A DNA stretch of 64,000 nucleotides from a virus: the IMG/VR virus record IMGVR_UViG_3300031088_000759. One strand, written 5' to 3'. Both the position numbers and the translations under genes were made by a program. The notes under the pieces were generated by a model that was not told the DNA's origin, ran no database searches, and was given only the letters and a program-made list of their open reading frames with translations. Positions 60,423 through 64,000 of the stretch are shown here, piece after piece; position 1 is the first letter of the stretch, and each line of letters begins with the position of its first letter.

Positions 60423-61010
60423 TCAGAAGGATACTTTGGGTGCTACTCTTGCTTCTTCGTTTTCTACGTCGAAGAATGTTCGGTTTTCGAATTTACCGAA
60501 TTTCGCAACAAAGTTAGTCGGAAAGCTTTCACGAGCTGTATTATAGTTATTCACATTCTCGTTATAGTTTTGACGAGCGAAACTTACTTTATTCTCAGTA
60601 GAAGTAAGTTCTTCTTGAAGATTAATGAAGTTAGCGCTTGCTTTCAAATCAGGGTAATTTTCAGCAACAGCGTTAATGCTCATAGCAGCCCTATCAAGTT
60701 GATGACGCGCTTCTGTGGCACCTTCTACGCTTCCTGAGTTAAGAGCAGCACCAGCTTGTGCTCTTGCTTCTGTAACCTTTTCGAATACATTGTCCTCATG
60801 TTTAGCATACCCTTTAACTGTTTCCACAAGATTAGGTATGAGGTCAAACCTTCTTTGTAGTTGTGTGCTAATTTGAGCGAAACCTTCATCAACTCTATTG
60901 CGCAACCTGATTAACTTGTTATAACTAGTCCATATGAACGCTATAACGGCAACAACCAAAACTACAACCGCTAAAACACCTACAAGCAATACTATTGTTA
61001 GTGAACTCAT
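60423..61010 (-). CDS. lemA: LemA family protein
   Basis: YNKL, QLQRRFDLIPNLVETVKGYA.HE, ENYPDLKAS.NF, FARQ.YN, FPTN. Confidence 0.95.
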   Translation of the reverse strand: MSSLTIVLLVGVLAVVVLVVAVIAFIWTSYNKLIRLRNRVDEGFAQISTQLQRRFDLIPNLVETVKGYAKHEDNVFEKVTEARAQAGAALNSGSVEGATEARHQLDRAAMSINAVAENYPDLKASANFINLQEELTSTENKVSFARQNYNENVNNYNTARESFPTNFVAKFGKFENRTFFDVENEEARVAPKVSF

Positions 61011-61120
61011 CTTGAACCAACTCCGTTTTATACATATAGTCTATCGTCGTGATTTATTCAACTTACTAAAGTAATATCTTAAAAATTATTGATCATCAGT
61101 TTCGCTTATTGTCAAACAAT

Positions 61121-61714
61121 TCATACTTTTTGTGAAAAGAATTTTTTACTATACACTTGTTTAGCCCATATCGTATTGAAACCATCAATACCAGGAAAAC
61201 GAGGATCCGCAATTTGAGGATCATTCTTTTCAATACATAGACCATTCAAAAACTTTTCACAATCCTCTTCTAACGATTGCATCAAATCAGCATCTTGAAT
61301 AATTTTTTCGGATAACTCAGAAACTTCATGATGAGGAAATTCAGTTGAACGAATCAATCTCTCTACTATCTTAACAATTGATTCTTTTACACTGTTTTCT
61401 TGACATAAAAAACGAGAGAATTTAACAGCTTCCCCAATGTTAACCTCTTCTGTTTCACCTATAACATACATTGCATCGTGAGACAATCCAGCGATTGCTA
61501 ATGATTGTATCTGTTCCAACTCAAGATTATAATACTGACCACCTTCAACAGCACGCAAAGCAACAGTGAGAAGATGCTGAAAATTATGATAAGGATGATC
61601 ATTGCTATTGTTCACTATATATGCCTGGCTAATAATGTTAGGATCTAAACCTATTTCCTTAAAAGCAGTAAACAGCGAAGCAGCTCTTTTAAAATCATTT
61701 TTCATCTTACACAC
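61121..61714 (-). CDS. HD-domain phosphohydrolase (PDE-like)
   Basis: PYHNFQH, LSHD, IRSTEFPH, IQDADL. Confidence 0.8.
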   Translation of the reverse strand: MCKMKNDFKRAASLFTAFKEIGLDPNIISQAYIVNNSNDHPYHNFQHLLTVALRAVEGGQYYNLELEQIQSLAIAGLSHDAMYVIGETEEVNIGEAVKFSRFLCQENSVKESIVKIVERLIRSTEFPHHEVSELSEKIIQDADLMQSLEEDCEKFLNGLCIEKNDPQIADPRFPGIDGFNTIWAKQVYSKKFFSQKV

Positions 61715-61836
61715 CTAACTAACTATTCTCTATTCGTATTTGACCAGCTCAATCATAGCATTATTCTAAAAAATAGTTAAATAAAAACAGTTATTAAGAT
61801 GCGTTTTGTGAGTTATTTCTCAAGCTTCCACTATAA

Positions 61837-62316
61837 TTACAATTTTTTGAACTGAATCATTGTGAAAAATATATAACCAACAAGAAGAAACAGCAGAGGG
61901 TTCCAGAAAGCAATAATACTGCTTAAATAAGAAGTTATTATCGCTCCGGCAAGAGACAGAGAAAAAACTATAACCCTAGCTAGAATAGCAGGTCCGTATG
62001 ATTTATCGCTGAATAGTATATCTGTTGGCTTTTCAGCAATGTCTTTGTATTTTGCTTTTAAGATTTTTGACATCAATTGATTAAGGCACACTACTATCAA
62101 TGTTGAAACAAGAAAGATGATAAGAGTATTATAAAAACCAGCATGTATTTCTTTGTAGAACATCATAGAAAGAGGAACAAGAGATAACCCAATCAGGATA
62201 CACCGAGCAATGATTTGATCTTTAACACTGATTGTTTTCTTAGGTTTCTTCGGAAGCTCATTATTGAACTTCTTAATAAATTCTTGATAATCCAGATTCT
62301 TTTTTTCGTGGCCCAT
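61837..62316 (-). CDS. membrane protein (4 TM)
   Basis: Start after GGAG; hydrophobic segments. Confidence 0.65.
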   Translation of the reverse strand: MGHEKKNLDYQEFIKKFNNELPKKPKKTISVKDQIIARCILIGLSLVPLSMMFYKEIHAGFYNTLIIFLVSTLIVVCLNQLMSKILKAKYKDIAEKPTDILFSDKSYGPAILARVIVFSLSLAGAIITSYLSSIIAFWNPLLFLLVGYIFFTMIQFKKL

Positions 62317-62419
62317 TTTTTCTCCATGCCCAATATGCTCAATTGAAACAATTTTAACAAATTTATTTGAACGAATAGAATGAATTGACATAATAGAAGT
62401 TTTTAAGTATAATGCTTTC

Positions 62420-63061
62420 ATGAATAATTTTAATAAAGATTTTAGAGAAGTTTATATTTCGGTGGATATTGAGGCCACAGGTCCGATTCCCGGTGAATAT
62501 AGTATGTCTTCCATCGGTGCTTTTGTCGCTGGAGGAATCACTAAAGAAGGAGAATACATCAGTTTTGATCATCTTGATAAATCCAATGTATTCTATGCTG
62601 AACTGAAACCTATCAGCGAAAAATTTGATTCAAATGCTATTAAGGTTGGACTTCTTGATGGTTTTGACAAGAATGATGAAGATGTTGATGGAAGCCTTCG
62701 TCATGAGTGGATGAAAGTGTATGGATTAGATCCTGCAACAGCCATGAATGATTTTGCTAACTTTGCGAAAGAAGCTTCAACTCGATATGGTGCACGACCT
62801 ATTTTCATGGCTTATCCAGCTTCCTTCGATTGGACTTTTGTCTACTGGTATTTCCGAAAGTTTGAAGTAGAATCACCATTCGGTTTTTCAGGTGTACTTG
62901 ATTTGAAAACATACTTTTCAGCAAAATTCAACAAAGCAATCAGTAGATCCACAAAGCGTTATATGCCTAAACGTTTGTTCTCTAACTTACCTCACACTCA
63001 CAGAGCTGATGATGATGCTATTGAACAAGGTATCATGGGAATGAATCTGCTCAAAGACTGA
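62420..63061 (+). CDS. DEDDh 3'-5' exonuclease
   Basis: SVDIEATG, ASFDW, LDLKT, HTHRADDDA; promoter TTGACA-N17-TATAAT only a few nt before the ATG, possibly leaderless. Confidence 0.88.
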   Translation: MNNFNKDFREVYISVDIEATGPIPGEYSMSSIGAFVAGGITKEGEYISFDHLDKSNVFYAELKPISEKFDSNAIKVGLLDGFDKNDEDVDGSLRHEWMKVYGLDPATAMNDFANFAKEASTRYGARPIFMAYPASFDWTFVYWYFRKFEVESPFGFSGVLDLKTYFSAKFNKAISRSTKRYMPKRLFSNLPHTHRADDDAIEQGIMGMNLLKD

Positions 63062-63088
63062 TATGATAAATCAACCTCATATATTCCC

Positions 63089-64000
63089 TCATTCGGCTGT
63101 TTTCGCAATCTGATAGCCGAATGAGGGAATACTGTTATCCCATTTTTTAACACTTTGTTCCATTAAATCATACTCTTCATCATCAATCTTGTATATTCTA
63201 CATATCTGATCAGTCAACAATTCATGCTTTTCTTCAAAATCCAACCTGAACAGTTCATTTTTCTCAGAGTCGAATGAATCTTTGATAAAACCTGTTTCAA
63301 AATCAACATCAGGAATCAAACGGTAATTGTTTCTGACAGTACTAGGAACAGGAGTTATTACACCAAACATAAACATGGCAAAAACAGTTTTCATATACCT
63401 CAGTGCGTTCAAAGCGGATTCTTCTGTGTTATATGTGCCCACTTGAAGAAAGCTTCCGCCGCATATCTCACCAGGCTTCAGAATGAATAACCTATTCTGT
63501 CTTCTCAAAGTATTGTTTTTTCTGTCAGGATCAGCAGTTCTACTTGCCATTAATTTATATTTCTCATCAGAGTGCTTTCCAGCGTTTTTTGGAATAACAG
63601 TAGTGTAAACTCCACCTTTATTACTTGAATAATAAATTCTTGTGAAATGTTCTAAATCTTCGGTTCCTATTGTACTCAGTCTTTGCTTTTCAGGAACTTC
63701 CAATGATAGTTTTTCAATACTCTGATCTGTTTCAAGGTGTATACCATAATAGTTTCTAGGCATGACTGTTATGTGTTTAACAGGTTTCACTTTTTTCACT
63801 ATATTTGAAAACCTAGGATCAACAACCATTATTTCATATTCATTAATAAGAGTTTTTCTTTCTTCGAACATATTATTATAAATATAATGAACTTTATCGT
63901 TAACTTTTCTAGTCCAATGAAAGTAATTGACACCTCCTTTTATGGAATTGTTTTCAAAAACACCAGCTTCATCCGAATCAATAATAAAAGTTTTGTAATG
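63089..64000 (-). CDS. C-terminal part of an Eco57I-like restriction-modification methyltransferase (partial)
   Basis: Frame open from window end; VFENNSIKGGVNYFHW, PGEIC..SFL, YMKT.F..F, YRLIP. Confidence 0.7.
   Translation of the reverse strand, partial: HYKTFIIDSDEAGVFENNSIKGGVNYFHWTRKVNDKVHYIYNNMFEERKTLINEYEIMVVDPRFSNIVKKVKPVKHITVMPRNYYGIHLETDQSIEKLSLEVPEKQRLSTIGTEDLEHFTRIYYSSNKGGVYTTVIPKNAGKHSDEKYKLMASRTADPDRKNNTLRRQNRLFILKPGEICGGSFLQVGTYNTEESALNALRYMKTVFAMFMFGVITPVPSTVRNNYRLIPDVDFETGFIKDSFDSEKNELFRLDFEEKHELLTDQICRIYKIDDEEYDLMEQSVKKWDNSIPSFGYQIAKTAE

Noticed and set aside
838-62572. Numerous antisense or overlapping ORFs in the track (e.g. 838-1104, 5508-5822, 18179-18619, 43232-43936, 57500-58312)
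   Set aside because: They are shadows of well-supported genes on the opposite strand or in another frame, with no RBS or motifs.
1-64000. CRISPR array, tRNA or rRNA genes
   Set aside because: No regularly spaced direct repeats or cloverleaf/T-loop signatures were seen by eye; tRNAscan was not run.

Overview
This is an AT-rich (roughly one-third GC by eye), gene-dense segment of a large mobile replicon, either a jumbo phage or a giant plasmid-like element. Recognisable genes resemble those of Actinobacteria (class Ib NrdF, YceI, PASTA, LCP, G5-NlpC/P60, Rv2175c-like HTH). No rRNA, tRNA, CRISPR array, or virion or conjugation genes were recognised. Content: DNA replication/repair (SNF2-like helicase, Mre11/SbcD, NAD-dependent ligase, Pif1, HolA-like, DEDDh exonuclease, NrdF), RNA repair/translation factors (Pnkp, Thg1, TrmH, YqeY, IF3-C, HD proteins), NAD salvage (pnuC-nadR), MetK, many cell-envelope proteins, three zinc-ribbon/endonuclease genes (one split by a TnpB-only IS, one frameshifted) and many ORFans. 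Most notable signals: (1) a shared ~45-aa His/Cys N-terminal module on four otherwise unrelated proteins; (2) two compact NAD+-II-like riboswitch candidates, one before pnuC-nadR and one before an unknown gene; (3) a uORF-plus-hairpin translational attenuator; (4) a ~120-150 bp dispersed palindromic element in three copies; (5) a tandem triplet of diverged ~500-aa paralogs. All assignments come from motif recognition by eye; no database search was run.
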